Assembly (NCBI GenBank): GCA_964016885.1
Contig: OZ024762.1
Span: forward strand, 4,278,001-4,342,000
Direction: 5' to 3'
DNA length: 64,000 bases
From: Eledone cirrhosa
Lineage: Eukaryota
How positions within the stretch are numbered: the first letter of the stretch is position 1; each line of letters begins with the position of its first letter. The notes beneath the pieces are model-generated. The model worked only from the letters and a program-made list of their open reading frames with translations, searched no databases and had not been told where the DNA came from. A program made the position numbers and the translations under genes. Below, piece by piece: positions 10,812 to 23,438 of this stretch.

Positions 10812-11633
10812 CGCGCTCCAGTTTTTTCACGCCCGGTCGTCTCTCTCCGGAAAAATTGAAAGCGGCTAAAGCGAAGTTTAATCATATGCTGGAATTAGGT
10901 ATCGTTCGCCCTTCTTCTACTCTATGTAAACCGTTTACGTTCGTATTTTCAAATCCTGCTTCCTATGAACACTCGGCAACAAGGCGTTAAATCTTCGGTC
11001 CCGAGGGACATTGCCTCATGTACCCATGTTTTTGTCAGAAATGACGCAGTGAGAAGTCCTCTCACTCCACCCTACTCTGGACCCTATCGCGTGCTAGCAC
11101 GTACAGACAAACATTTCACCATTGACTTTAATGGAGATAGAGACACAGTCTCTATTGACAGACTGAAGCGGGTCTACACAGATGCTCTCGCTATAGAGCC
11201 TCATACTCCCCCTCCTACACTGTGTCACTACAAACACTACCGCAAGCACCACAAGTTCATATACACACTCCTTCACCTTCAACACACGACACGACAACTC
11301 GAAGTGGTCGTCATGTCCATTGGCCCAAGAAAGTTTCTAAAACAATTTACATATGTGATTGATTTATGCATGAACTATTCTTTTTTTGTATTTACTTTGC
11401 TTGACTTGTGTTACCTTTTCAGAGATTTTCTTCTCATTTTTATCGACTGCTTCGCAGTCTAAGCAGAGAGTGATGTAGCGGAACTATTTCATACCTCGCA
11501 ACAACAATGTATTCATACGTGATTTGGTTAAACAAACCAATTGTTTTATATCACGTATGAATACACTGTTGCCGCCTCATCTGGTTCACCAGAGAGAGAA
11601 CTCTCTCTTGGAGAGCGAGATGAACCTACTACA
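10812..11633 (+). mobile_element. Internally deleted Gypsy LTR retrotransposon with 3' LTR
   Basis: RT start [27 protein letters not shown] is fused to integrase C-terminus HVFVRNDAVRSPLTPPYSGPYRV...TVSIDRLK. A purine-rich aagcagagag precedes the LTR, tgtag...ctaca (11474-11633). Confidence 0.8.
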
Positions 11634-11899
11634 GGATAACTCCTCCTGTGATCCTCCTATAAACTTGCTATGAGGAATTGAACATTAATCAACAAAGCAT
11701 GTTCCACATTTCTTGAATTGTTCTTCTACGTTATGTTTTCTATATAAGTTATTCTACTGTGTAAGGTATTTTCTTACAATTGTTTGTGATAACAAGGTCC
11801 TTGGATGGTTCAACTTCTAGTTATTAAAAGGTATAAATAATTATTTGACTTCTCTTTTCCCTATAGGAGCATTTAATCCGGCAAATTAACGGATCTAGT

Positions 11900-12160
11900 G
11901 GAGGCCTAGTGGTAAGGATGTTGGACGATCATAATGTCGTGGTTTCGATTCCTTAACAGAGTTGTGTGTTTTTGTTCTTGAGCAAGACATTTCATTTCAC
12001 ATTGTTCCAGTATACACAACTGAGTACCATCAGTAGCGGGGAGAATTAACCCTGCGATGGACTTGTGTCCTGTCCAAGAGAAGTCTTGTATTCTCAGTCA
12101 CTTAACACTAGGGAAATTGGGATAAGAGCCGGTCTGTCGAGACTCCCAGCTCCAGACAGA
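11900..12160 (+). mobile_element. SINE family 2-related copy
   Basis: ggcctagtggtaagg A box, ggtttcgattcc B box, cttgagcaagacatttcatttcac and aaccctgcgatggac core. Confidence 0.65.
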
Positions 12161-12444
12161 TTAAACGTTTTTGACTAACGGATCTATGAAATAGCGAATG
12201 TAAAAACACTGAAATAATTTAAAGTTGTTTGTCAAAAAGTTAAAAAATAAATATTTACAAATGCATGGAATGTCAGTGTGTGAAAAGGAATGTAAAGGTA
12301 GGTAAATAAACAACAATAACAACAGCAACAATAATAACAACAGCAACAACGATAACAAATGGTGGAGCAGTAGACATGGAATAGTTACAGAATTATATTT
12401 CATTCATCTAACTTCAACCACTCTAGCTCACTACTCTTTTGAAG

Positions 12445-12752
12445 GAACTCCGTCGGTTACAACGACGAGTATACCAGTTGATCCGATCAACGGAACAGCC
12501 TGCTCATGAAATTAAAGTGCAAGTGGCTGAGCATTCCACAGACACGCGTATCCTTTACCTAGTTCACAGGGAGATTCAGTGTGACAAGGCAGCTTCTTCG
12601 AACTACAGGTACAACTCATTTTTGCCAGCTGAGTGGACTGGACCAATGTGAAATAAAGTGTCTTTCTCAAGGACACACCGAGCCGCCGGAAATCGAACTC
12701 ACGACCTTACGATTGTGAACCGAAAACCCTAACCACAAAGCTACGCGCTTTC
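12445..12752 (-). mobile_element. SINE family 2, near full length
   Basis: tRNA head (gcgcgtagctttgtggttaggg, gagttcgatttcc), central gtccactcagctggcaaaaatgagt and 3' tcgttgtaaccgacggagt. Confidence 0.85.
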
Positions 12753-13251
12753 ACAGATTACTCTTTGTAATATCTCCTCACTTTCCAAGTATATGATGGG
12801 AAGGATTCATTCTCTCTTATATACACACATATACACACCAGGTCCGAACATGTATATGATGTGTGTGAAGACTGATACGATATTCCTGAATGTGGGACTA
12901 TGAAAGGTTTGTCTGCCTGTATGGAAGTATGTATGACTAGTGTGGAAGGCGAGTGGCTTAGTGGTTACAGCCATCCGGTAGGAGACCCCGAGTAAGGTGG
13001 TCAGATTACATCCATGAAACCAGCTGGTCTTTGCTTGGGGGAGTCAGTCGAATACATTAAAAACAGCTGCCCCTGATAGGACCCACTGGAAGGCTTGCTA
13101 GATGACTCGGCAATTCACACTGTGACATACTGAATCTTCCTGAGAATTACAAAAAAAGATACACACTTCGAGTCTGTGGAAATAAAAAAAATCATCGACC
13201 ATTTGCACAATAATTTCACGAGCAGGCAGACTGACAGACAGACAGACTGGT

Positions 13252-13995
13252 AGGTTGGTGGTGGTGGAGGTGGTTGTGTGGGGTAGGTGGTGTGGGGAAG
13301 GTGGTGGTGGTGGTGGTGTGGGGTAGGTGGTGGTGGTGGTGGTGGTTGTGGAGGTGGTGGTGTGGGGTAGGTGGTGTGGGGAAGGTGGTGGTGGAGGTGG
13401 TTGTGTGGGGTAGGTGGTGTGGGGAAGGTGGTGGTGGAGGTGGTTGTGTGGGGTAGGTGGTGGTGGTGGTGGTGGTGTGGGGAAGGTGGTGGTGGTGGTG
13501 GTGGTTGTGTGGGGTAGGTGGTGGTGGTGGTGTGAGGAAGGTGGTGGTGGTGGTGGTGTGGGGTAGGTGGTGGTGGTGGTGGTGGTTGTGTGGGGTAGGT
13601 GGTGGTGGTGGTGGTGGTGTAGGTGGTGGTGGTGTGGGGTAGGTGGTAGTGGTGTGGGGTAGGTAGTGGTGGTGGTGGTGTGGGGTAGGTGGTGGTGGTG
13701 GTGTGGGGTAGGTGGTGGTGGTGGTGGTGTGGGGTAGGTGGTGGTGGTGTGGGGTAGGTGGTGGTGGTGGTGTGGGGTAGGTGGTGGTGGTGGTGTGGGG
13801 TAGGTGGTGGTGGTGGTGTGGGGTAGGTGGTGGTGGTGATGTGGGGTAGGTGGTGGTGGTGTGGGGTAGGTGGTGGTGGTAGTGGGGTAGGTGGTGGTGG
13901 TGGTGTGGGGTAGGTGGTGGTGGTGGTGTGGGGTAGGTGGTGGTAGTGTGGGTAGGTGGTGGTGGTGTGGGGTAGGTGGTGGTGGTGGTGGTGTT
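13252..13995. repeat. G-rich (GGT)n/GTGGGGTAG satellite
   Basis: Read directly from the sequence. Confidence 0.9.
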
Positions 13996-14215
13996 AGGTA
14001 TTGTTCTTCGTTTTATTTGGTTGTCACCTTCACTGATAGCAGCTCTTCAATTATCTTCAGTCGACATGGAACTCCGGCCAAAGATTGCGTCCTACTTTCT
14101 ACTGCCTTCTTACACTTCACTAATAATAATGATAATAATATTGCTGCTACAGCTGCTGCTTACTACTGCTGCAGCCGCCATAACAGATACCCCACCCCTA
14201 CAACCACTGCTGCTG

Positions 14216-14249
<34 letters not shown>

Positions 14250-14925
14250 CGCCAGTACTACCGCCAGTACTACCACCACTACCACCACTACCACCACCAC
14301 CACCACCACCATCGATACTACCTCTACACCACCGCCCCCACCATCGATACTACCTCTACCATCACCACCACCACCACTACCACCACCAACACCACCACTA
14401 CCACTACAACAATAATAATGTTAACACAATGGTCTTATCTGTTAACTGCACTTATTTACACTCTCGGCCTTCCTCTCATCCCCACCTAACCCGTGATGGC
14501 AACATTTACGATAACAATCCTGTGATCCGTCAATAAATAAGATGTACAAGGAGATGTGAAGGCCTTCAAGCCAGGCAAAAAGACCACAGGAGCAAAATTC
14601 CGTTAATAACTCCGTTAGTCTAAAGTCTAAAGTCTGTTTTGAGCTGAGAGGCTCCTCAGGCCACAGTGTTAAGCAACTGAGATTACGAGACTCCCCGCTT
14701 TAATTTGAATAATTGATACTTTGGACAAACGGCCATTGAGTTTTTCTCCTGGGAAACAAAATCATCATAGATGTTATATATGTTATGATACCTTAAATTA
14801 GTATATATATATATAGGGTTATACTTGGGGAGGGTCATATTTGTGTAATAGTATTGTCAGAATTAATAACAGAACACACTCACTGTTTGGTTGGTTTTCG
14901 CTTCTGTGTCTTTTATCTCGGTTCA

Positions 14926-15852
14926 CACTACGCTAAACCCATGGCCTCCAAATACCTGATACTCAAAAACTCAGCAATGTCCAGTAGTGCTAAGTTTAAT
15001 ATTCTGATCGCAGACTTGGTACGGGTGATGAAGAACGTGTCCCGCATGTGCGACCCAACAGAAATGGAAAGACACATCCAACACTTCATCAACCGCATGC
15101 AGTTCTCTGGCTACAACCAAAGAGACAGAATCAGAGTATACGAGGGAGCCACAGAGAAGTATAATACTCTCATAGAACTGGACATGAAAGGAATTTGCCC
15201 ATTATATAGGAGCAAATCATGGAATAGCTTAGATAGGACTAGACATAAGATAGGGAAAGCCACCTCATGGTACGACAACCAGAGATACCAGAGTGTCATG
15301 TTTGTGGACGCTACCCCTGGAGGGAAATTAGCTAACCAGTGTAGAAAGGCCCTGAGAAAGACCCACTTAAAGATTAAGGTGGTAGAAAAGCCAGGAACCA
15401 CCATAAAATCCCTGATCAGCAAAACCTACCCTTTTAAGAAAACCCACTGTACTAATAGGAAATGTATTATATGTAAAGTAAAACCCCGGATAAACTGTAA
15501 GACTAGAAATGTAGTCTATAGCATAAGATGTATAGAGGGTACTTGCAGAAAATGACAGCAACATACATAGGTGAAACAGCTCGTAGCATAGGTGAAAGGA
15601 TAGACCAACACTGGGGGGGAACTAAAAGGACGAAAAAACGGTTCAGTACTATACGAACATGCTAGACAACAACACAACGGTAACATAGACAACATAGAAA
15701 TTAAAATAATATCTAAACATAGAAATGACCTAGCAGATAGGCAAATCAGAGAGGCCAGCGAAATAGAGCTTAGAAGGCCAAGGCTAAACAGAAAAAATGA
15801 CTGGAATAACAACAACACACAAACAAACAATACTGACCTCAGAGAAGTATAA
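14926..15852 (+). pseudogene. PLE RT C-terminus + GIY-YIG endonuclease (two compensating frameshifts)
   Basis: HYAKPMAS...SGY..., Cys-rich linker, NVVYSIRC..(fs)YIGETARSIGERIDQH(fs)..VLYEH..H..RQIREASEI..PRLNRKNDW; stop at 15850-15852. Confidence 0.85.
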
Positions 15853-16082
15853 ATAAAATAAAAAATAAATACATACACAAGCACAATAACAACAAACACA
15901 TATAAACACACACTAGTAAACTAAGATAGAATACAATAACCAATACACAGTCACCCAAACACAATACACACACGCAAACGCATGCGCAGAGTAGAAGACA
16001 AAAATAAATAAATAAATAAATAAATAAACAGACTAAATAAAAATGGCGTAGGCATACTATACAACAGGAGGAAACATAATAG

Positions 16083-16125
16083 CACCACTGACGATGTTGC
16101 AGATGTGCAATGAAAGAACTTTGTT
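16083..16125 (+). ncRNA. Minimal hammerhead motif in PLE pLTR
   Basis: CUGACGA-U-GUUGCA-gaug-UGCAAU-GAAAGAACUU. The copy at about 24075-24116 (-) has a perfect GUUGCA/UGCAAC stem II. Confidence 0.6.
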
Positions 16126-16426
16126 AGACTATATATATGTGTTTGTGACTATAGTGTATCTGTATTTTTGACTGTTGGTCAGTCAATGGTAACATTGAGG
16201 ACCGAATAAATTAAATTAACCGATATAAAAGACGCAGAAGCGAAAACCAACCAAACAGTGAGTGTGTTCTGTTATTAATTCTGGCAATATTATTACACAA
16301 ATATGACCCTCCCCAAGTATAACGATATTTGTTTCGACACACGATTTCATATAAAAAACCTCGCAAAACTAATTCATCGCCGTTATATATATATATGAAT
16401 ATATATATAATTAAGTCAAAAATATT

Positions 16427-16457
<31 letters not shown>

Positions 16458-17016
16458 AATATATATATATATATGATGGCTGCCCCCTCGTTATCGAGTA
16501 TGGCCATTGCACGATATAACATTATCCCAGTTTCCTGAGTTGCCTTCTCCTAGAAGAATGCCCTGACAAAGGCTAGGGGTCCTTCCCTCCCAATGGTTTA
16601 ACCGCGCGATCGGGTGTCCAGCCGACTATTTCTATGTCCCCACGCATATACACACACATGCACCCATGTATATACACATATACATATACACATATATGTA
16701 CATGTGTATATACATATTTACACACTTTTGGATGGCCGTTGACTCTTATGAGTTCTTCCGCCCTTTCTCAGGTTTTGTTTTTTGTCCTGCAGGGTGTCCA
16801 AAATCACTCTCCTCACCAAGTAAACTTAGTAGGGTTGACGGTTTAGTTGCCGACGATCCGACCATGCGACAGGTTGTACTGGGTTACATGTTACCAGTAG
16901 CACTCAAGAGTGACCCGACATAATATAATATATATATATATATATATATCGCCCGTCTCCTTGTCGATAGCTATATTGCATTAAAAATATTGTATAACAT
17001 CCATATTACTTTCGAT

Positions 17017-17098
17017 GCTGTTTGATGATGTCGTGTTTATGGTTGCGTGCTGGCAGCATTACGTAATTACCTAACGCCATAGAAATATGTATTATGGC
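17017..17098 (+). ncRNA. Degenerate hammerhead with long stem II
   Basis: GCUGU-UUGAUGA-(53 nt)-GAAA-UAUGUAUU|AUGGC. The core C3 has changed to U. Confidence 0.45.
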
Positions 17099-17243
17099 TG
17101 TTTATGAATAAAATCCCGCAATTATCATTATTGTATATACATAAATTCTTCGACTGCTATCGAAACGGTAAAAGCTTAACCGTAGGGCAGAAAACAGTAC
17201 TAAGTTGAGTAATAGTATTATTGCACTTAGCCAGTACTATTCT

Positions 17244-17335
<92 letters not shown>

Positions 17336-17454
17336 GCTCAAATTAAAAGATATATATAGGGAGAGAGAAGGGAAAAGAGCCTTAAATAGTTTGAGAAACA
17401 CTATTTTGTACATATATACAATGCACATAATATTTAGGAAAAAGTACACTTTAA

Positions 17455-17594
17455 GGTACCATTTCATAGTCCGGAAACCAAAACCAGACGACTCCTCTGG
17501 TGATTAGTTTCGCGTCTTCCGTAGCTTTACCAAAATCGATAGTTGGTAACCAATAGTTAATTTTGCTTCGATTTACGATCTATGAAATGGTACC
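17455..17594. mobile_element. Small TIR element (TTAA-type target, Kolobok/piggyBac-like)
   Basis: 15-bp TIR ggtaccatttcatag / ctatgaaatggtacc; flanks are ttaa and gtaa. Confidence 0.45.
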
Positions 17595-17695
17595 GTAAAA
17601 GGAATAATGGTTTTTCCACCTTACAGTACGTAAATGTTTGTGCTCAAATATATGTGTATAAAACACTGTGTGTGTGTGTGTCTCTCTCTCTCTCA

Positions 17696-17744
<49 letters not shown>

Positions 17745-17875
17745 TGTCTATATATACATATATCTTTTAATATGAACTATTGATGCTCTAGGCCAACATC
17801 CATTGAGTTTTTCTATTGAGAAACATAATCACCAAATATATATAAGTTATGATACCTTAACATAGTGCGTGTGTA

Positions 17876-17909
<34 letters not shown>

Positions 17910-17910
17910 C

Positions 17911-18017
<107 letters not shown>

Positions 18018-18397
18018 CAGATTTAAACAGATTAGCAATATAGTAGGATTTATTTCAATTTACATGTTTCATTGGAATGCAGGAAGTGTAACCTATGCAA
18101 CCTCGAGTTATAATTTACATAATTGCAGGGACCGACCTATTAAAAAGCAGGATCGAACGTGTCCTCAACTGTAGACAGAAAATCGCAAAAATATTCTCCT
18201 ACTACCAACTAAAACTTGATCCATCTACCATTCGACTCAAACATACATAAAACTTATCTCCCAGACTCTCTCATTTCCTTATTATACCTTTCATGCACAC
18301 TTTGACGTCAGTGGTAAACATTAAGCTAAGTCTTATAAAACATAATGACGATTCCTTCTCTATAAACCCACCAACACCCTCCTAAAAACGAGTAGAG

Positions 18398-18470
18398 CAG
18401 TGGTTCCCAACCTTTTGTGAACCATGCCCCACCTCAACATCTAAAAAACTGTTATGTCCCCCTTTGACAT
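18398..18470 (+). mobile_element. hAT/Charlie-like left end
   Basis: cagtggttcccaaccttttg terminus; the partner end was not found. Confidence 0.35.
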
Positions 18471-18642
18471 AAAAACAGCAATGGTCAACTGCAAAGTGTA
18501 AACAAATTGGTGTATAGGTGGTGCACAATAATATATGGAGGGAGTGATACAGGAGTTTCTGATAGTAATGTGTACCAAAGTTGCCTTGGTGTAGGTGGTG
18601 CCAGATACACAATAACATGTGGAAGAGGAGGTGAGACAGGAG

Positions 18643-19115
18643 TCTACCCCCCTTGTATATGTCTACCCTTCTTCCCATCTACCCCCCTTGTGTATGTCTA
18701 CCCTTCCCATCTACACATCTTGTATATGTTTACCCTTCTTCCCATCTACACACCTTGTATATGTCTACCCTTCCCATCTACCCCCTTGTATATGTCTACC
18801 CTTCTTCCCATCTACACCCCTTGTATATGTCTACCCTTCCCATCTACACCCCTTGTATATGTCTACCCTTCTTCCTATCTACCCCCTTGTATATGTCTAC
18901 CCTTCTTCCCATCTACCCCCTTGTATATGTCTACCCTTCTTCCCATCTACACCCCTTGTATATGTCTACCCTTCCCATCTACACCTCTTTTATATGTCTA
19001 CCCTTCCCATCTACACCCCTTGTATATGTCTACCCTTCCCATCTACACCCCTTGTATATGTCTACCCTTCCCATCTACACCCCTTGTATATGTCTACTCT
19101 TCTTCTCATCTACAC
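18643..19115. repeat. Minisatellite, about 30-34 bp unit (ccccttgtatatgtctacccttcttcccatctaca)
   Basis: About 15 tandem copies. Confidence 0.92.
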
Positions 19116-19383
19116 ATCCACCCATCTTATAAGGTCCTAAGTCGTCCCCCTCTTTTGATAATTTATTGTGCACGGAGTTAAAAAAAACCTTTCACCGTAT
19201 TTGAATTCGATTTTTTCCGATTTATTAGTAGGAATAGCGGCTTCCAGACGAGCTCCCTGCACTCCGATGAAACATATGTAAGTGTTTGAAAATAAATCCT
19301 ACTGTATTGATAAGCTGTGTAAATCTTTATCTGTTTGTAACTACTCCATTGATTACTGATGTACCTGTAATTAAAAAAAAACA

Positions 19384-19545
19384 GCCGTATCACATTTTGT
19401 GTCACGCTGAATCTCCATGAGAACTACGTTAAAAGTACTCGTGTTTGTGGAATACTCAGTCACTTACACATTAATTTCACAAGTAGGCAGTTCTGTTATC
19501 ATATCAACTGGAACTCTCTCGTCGTCGTCGTAACCGACGGAGTAA
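19384..19545 (+). mobile_element. SINE family 2, 3' half
   Basis: gtgtcacgctgaatctcc...gtcgtaaccgacggagt matches the reverse complement of 12445-12590. Confidence 0.75.
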
Positions 19546-19574
19546 CAGTTTTTGTTTTACTGCATCCATTAAGC

Positions 19575-19913
19575 GACTATGGATTGGCAGTATCGATAGA
19601 GGGTCAGACGCCATGCTTTGACGCATAGAGTTACGGCCCTTTCCATTCTGAGTTCAAATGCCGCCGAGGTCAACTTTGCCTTTCATAATTGCTGGCCTTG
19701 TGCCAAAAGTAGAAACAATTATTACGGTGGATGGGCAGTATCGGTAGAGGGTCGGACGCCATGCTTCTCAGCATAGTTACGTCCCTTTACGGTCTGAGTT
19801 CAAATCCCGTCGAGGTCAACTTTGCCTTTCATCCTTACGGGGTCGATAAAATAAAGTACCAGTAATGCACTGGGTAATTGCTGGCCTTGTGCCTAAAGTA
19901 GAAACAATTATTA
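19575..19913 (+). mobile_element. Head-to-tail pair of SINE family 1 copies
   Basis: The first copy has an internal deletion and ends gtagaaacaattatt at about 19722. The second, full copy is at about 19725-19913. Confidence 0.85.
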
Positions 19914-20485
19914 AGGACTCAATTAAGCAACACGTTAGTAAAAGTTGGTTGTGTAAGGTTAAATGTCAGATTTTAGAGCTATCTCGTGATTTACAAGACT
20001 TCTATTATGTTTCAGTATAAAATACAAGTGGATATTGAGCCAGTATGAGACAAAGTCGTAGTTAGGACAATGGATTATATTAATAATAGGAGGTGTCGTC
20101 TTATAACTTAATTATAAACAAGTTTTAATTACTGCAGAGGAATAGTGTTTGTGACCAGGTCGCAAAGAGAACGACGAAAATATTGACACCACGAAATAAA
20201 TGATAAATGTAAAAGGAATTTACCAGTTTCTATGTGTGTGTCTGCGTTGGCGTGCGTGTGAGTGTATGCGCGTGTGTGTATCTGTGCGAGTGTCTCTGTG
20301 TGTGCGTGTGTGTGTATCTGTGCGAGTGTCTCTCTGTGTGTGTATGTTACTGTGTGTGTACACGTATGTGTGTAAACGTGTGTGTGCATGTCTGTCTAAG
20401 TTGAATTTAAGTGATTTAGGCTAGATACCATCTTGAATTAAGTATATACATTATTTGTTCTATATATATGTACAAATACTGAATT

Positions 20486-20542
<57 letters not shown>

Positions 20543-20548
<6 letters not shown>

Positions 20549-21011
20549 AAGTTATGTTTAAAATTGTTGGGTTACAACTAGTAAATATTTATAACTGATA
20601 TAAAAGCACTCGACAAATATTTGGAGTATATTTACAATATTAAATAAATGGAAAACTATATTTATAAAACCATATCTATTTCATTATATATATTTCGGGG
20701 ATATCATATTAACAATATGCTATGCCTTCATCAGACAAAATACAATATAAACAGTTTTATAGATAAATATATTCGACATACCGTAATAAACATCAACTTC
20801 ATTTGAAGAGGTTTACGCTAGCAGACTGCTAGCGTAAACCTCTTCAAATGAAGTTGATGTTTATTACGGTATGTCGAATATATTTATCTATAAAACTGTT
20901 TATATTGTATTTTGTCTGATGAAGGCATAGCATATTGTTAATATGATATCCCCGAAATATATATAATGAAATAGATATGGTTTTATAAATATAGTTTTCC
21001 ATTTATTTAAT

Positions 21012-21017
<6 letters not shown>
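20543..21017 (-). mobile_element. Hammerhead-bearing fold-back element, family A copy 2
   Basis: Perfect palindrome at 20633-21017 (centre 20825), with (TA)n on both sides. Confidence 0.8.
20908..20973 (+). ncRNA. Type I hammerhead motif (mirror on - strand at 20677-20742)
   Basis: UAUUUUGU-CUGAUGA-stem II (cauauu/aauaug)-GAAA-UAUAUAUA|AUGAAAUA. Confidence 0.7.
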
Positions 21018-21076
<59 letters not shown>

Positions 21077-21221
21077 TGGTATGTGTATATGCATTTTTTC
21101 TTCTAACTTTAATTTTATACCTAATTGTGTATGTTGTGGATGGTTGACGATATATTTAATCGATTTCCACGTGCTATTGAAATGCTGGGTAAATATTCGA
21201 TAGCTGTTGATCGCGAATACT

Positions 21222-21965
21222 TCCCTAACAAAACTCATTCCTGCCCTAACAAATCTCCTTCCTTCTCTAACAAATCTCATTCCTGCCCTAACCAAACTCA
21301 TTCCTGCCCTAACAAATCTCCTTCCTTTCCTAACAAATCTCATTCATTCTCTAACAAATCTCATTCCTTCCCTAACAAATCTCATTCCTTCCCTAACAAA
21401 TCTCATTCCTCCCCTAACAAATCTCATTACTTCCTTAACAAATCTCATTCCTGCCCTAACAAATCTCATTCCTTTCCTAATAAATCTCATTCCTTCCTTA
21501 ACAAATCTCGTTCCTTTCCTAACAAATCTCATTCCTTTCCTAACAAATCTCATTCCTTCCTTAACAAATCTCATTCCTTTCCTAACAAATCTCATTCCTT
21601 CCTTAACAAATCTCATTCCTTCCTTAACAAATCTCATTCCTTTCCTAACAAATCTCATTCCTTTCCTAACAAGACTCATTCCTTTCCTAACAAGACTCAT
21701 TCCTTCCTTAACAAATCTCATTCCTTCCTTAACAAATCTCATTCCTTTCATAATAAATCTCCTCCCTTTCCTAACAAATCTCATTCCTTCCTTAACAAAT
21801 CTCATTCCTTTCATAATAAATCTCCTCCCTTTCCTAACAAATCTCATTCCTTCCTTAACAAATCTCATTCCTTCCTTAACAAATCTCATTCCTTCCTTAA
21901 CAAATCTCCTCCCTTTCCTAACAAATCTCATTACTTTTCTAACAAAACTCTTTCTTTTCCTAATA
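21222..21965. repeat. 21-bp minisatellite (taacaaatctcattccttccy)
   Basis: About 35 tandem copies; these explain the repetitive NKSHSF ORFs. Confidence 0.95.
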
Positions 21966-22234
21966 AAGTTCATTTCTTTTCTAACAGGCTCTTTCATTTT
22001 CTAAGTAGGACTGGATATATAAAGGATATACTTGGTGAATTTATAGATGTGGGTGTATAAAAGATGTGGGTGTAGAAAAGAGTAAGTGCGATATACTTGG
22101 GGGGTATATAAGAAAGTCAAGCATACTTGGTGTGTGTATATAGTAGGAGTGTGTGTTACTTGTTATATAGGTTTCGCTGATTGGTTGTTCACGAGTGCAA
22201 ACCTAAAGGCTTTTCGTGTGTCTTAAGAAACTGT

Positions 22235-22460
22235 TCACTGTCTTTCGAGAGTGGCCACTGTCATTAGAGAGTGTCCACTGTCATTAGAGAGTGTTCATTG
22301 TCATTAGAGAGTGTCCACTGTGATTAGAGAGTGTTCACTGCCATTAGAGAGTCTTCACTTTCTTTAGAGAGCGTTTACTGTCACTAGAGAGTCTTCACTT
22401 TCTTTAGAGAGTGTCCACTGTCATTAGAGAGTGTCCACTGCCATTAAAGAGTGTCCATTG
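22235..22460. repeat. 20-bp minisatellite (gagagtgtccactgtcatta)
   Basis: About 11 tandem copies. Confidence 0.9.
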
Positions 22461-23438
22461 TTGTGTTTGTGGTAGTGGTGTTGGTGGTTGTTGTGTTGGT
22501 GGTGGTTGTTGTTGTGGTGGTGGTGGTTGTTGTTGTGTTTGTGGTGGTGGTGGTGGTGGTGGTGGTGGAAGTTATTGTGTTTGTGGTGGTGGTGGCGGTT
22601 GTTGTGTTTGTGGTTGTTGTGGTGGTGGTTGTTGTGTTTGTGGTGGTGGTTGTTGTGTTTGTGGTGGTGGTGTTGGTTGTTGTGTTTGTGGTTGTTGTGG
22701 TGGTGGTTGTTGTGTTTGTGGTGGAAGTTATTGTGTTTGTGGTGGTGGTGGCGGTTGTTGTGTTTGTGGTGGTGGTGGTGGTTGTTGTGTTGGTGTTGGC
22801 GGTGTTGGTGGTGGTTGGTGGTGGTGGTGGTGGTGGTGGTTGTGTTTGTGGTGGAAGTTATTGTGCTTGTGGTGGTGGTGGTGGTTGTGTTTGTGGTGGA
22901 AGTTATTGTGTTTGTGGTGGTGGTGGTGGTTGTTGTGTTGGTGTTGGTGGTGTTGGTGGTAACAACTCTGTATTGTTGTTTTTCTTTATGACTCTGGTAT
23001 ATTTCTAGCTCCCAAGGTGTCTACTGAGTTGTCTTGTTACGGTTCACTGAAACACTTATTCTATAGCTTTAGTGTAAATAGTGCACTTTTTGGTCTTAGT
23101 GCAATATGGTGGGTGTGATAGTGTTGGGGTGGTGGTGGTGGTGGTGGTGAGGTGGTGGGGGTGGTGAGGTGGTGGTGGTGTGGTAGTGGCGGTGGTGGTG
23201 GGGTGGTGGTGGTAGGGTGGTAGTGGCGGTGGTGGTGGGGTGGTGGTGGTGTTAGGGTGGTGGTGGTCGTGGTGGTGGTTTTGGTGGTGGTGGTGGGGTG
23301 GTGGTCGTGGTCGTGGTCGTGGTGGTCGTGGGGTGGTAGTGATGGTGGTGGTGGGGGTGGTGGTGGTGGTTGGGGTGGTGCCGGTGTTGCGTGGGGTAGT
23401 AGTGGTGGTGGTGGTTATGGTGGTGGTGATTGTGGTGG
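22461..23438. repeat. (GGT/GTT)n low-complexity tracts
   Basis: Read directly from the sequence. Confidence 0.85.

Larger units (their letters stand above)
14818..16385 (+). mobile_element. 5'-truncated Penelope-like element with inverted 5' pLTR
   Basis: 14818-14923 is the reverse complement of 16218-16323. Encodes an RT thumb and a GIY-YIG endonuclease. Hammerhead in the 3' pLTR. Bounded by TA runs. Confidence 0.88.

Noticed and set aside
21125-22060. 311-aa ORF with NKSHSF heptads
   Set aside because: A 21-bp minisatellite that is open in multiple frames; not a gene.
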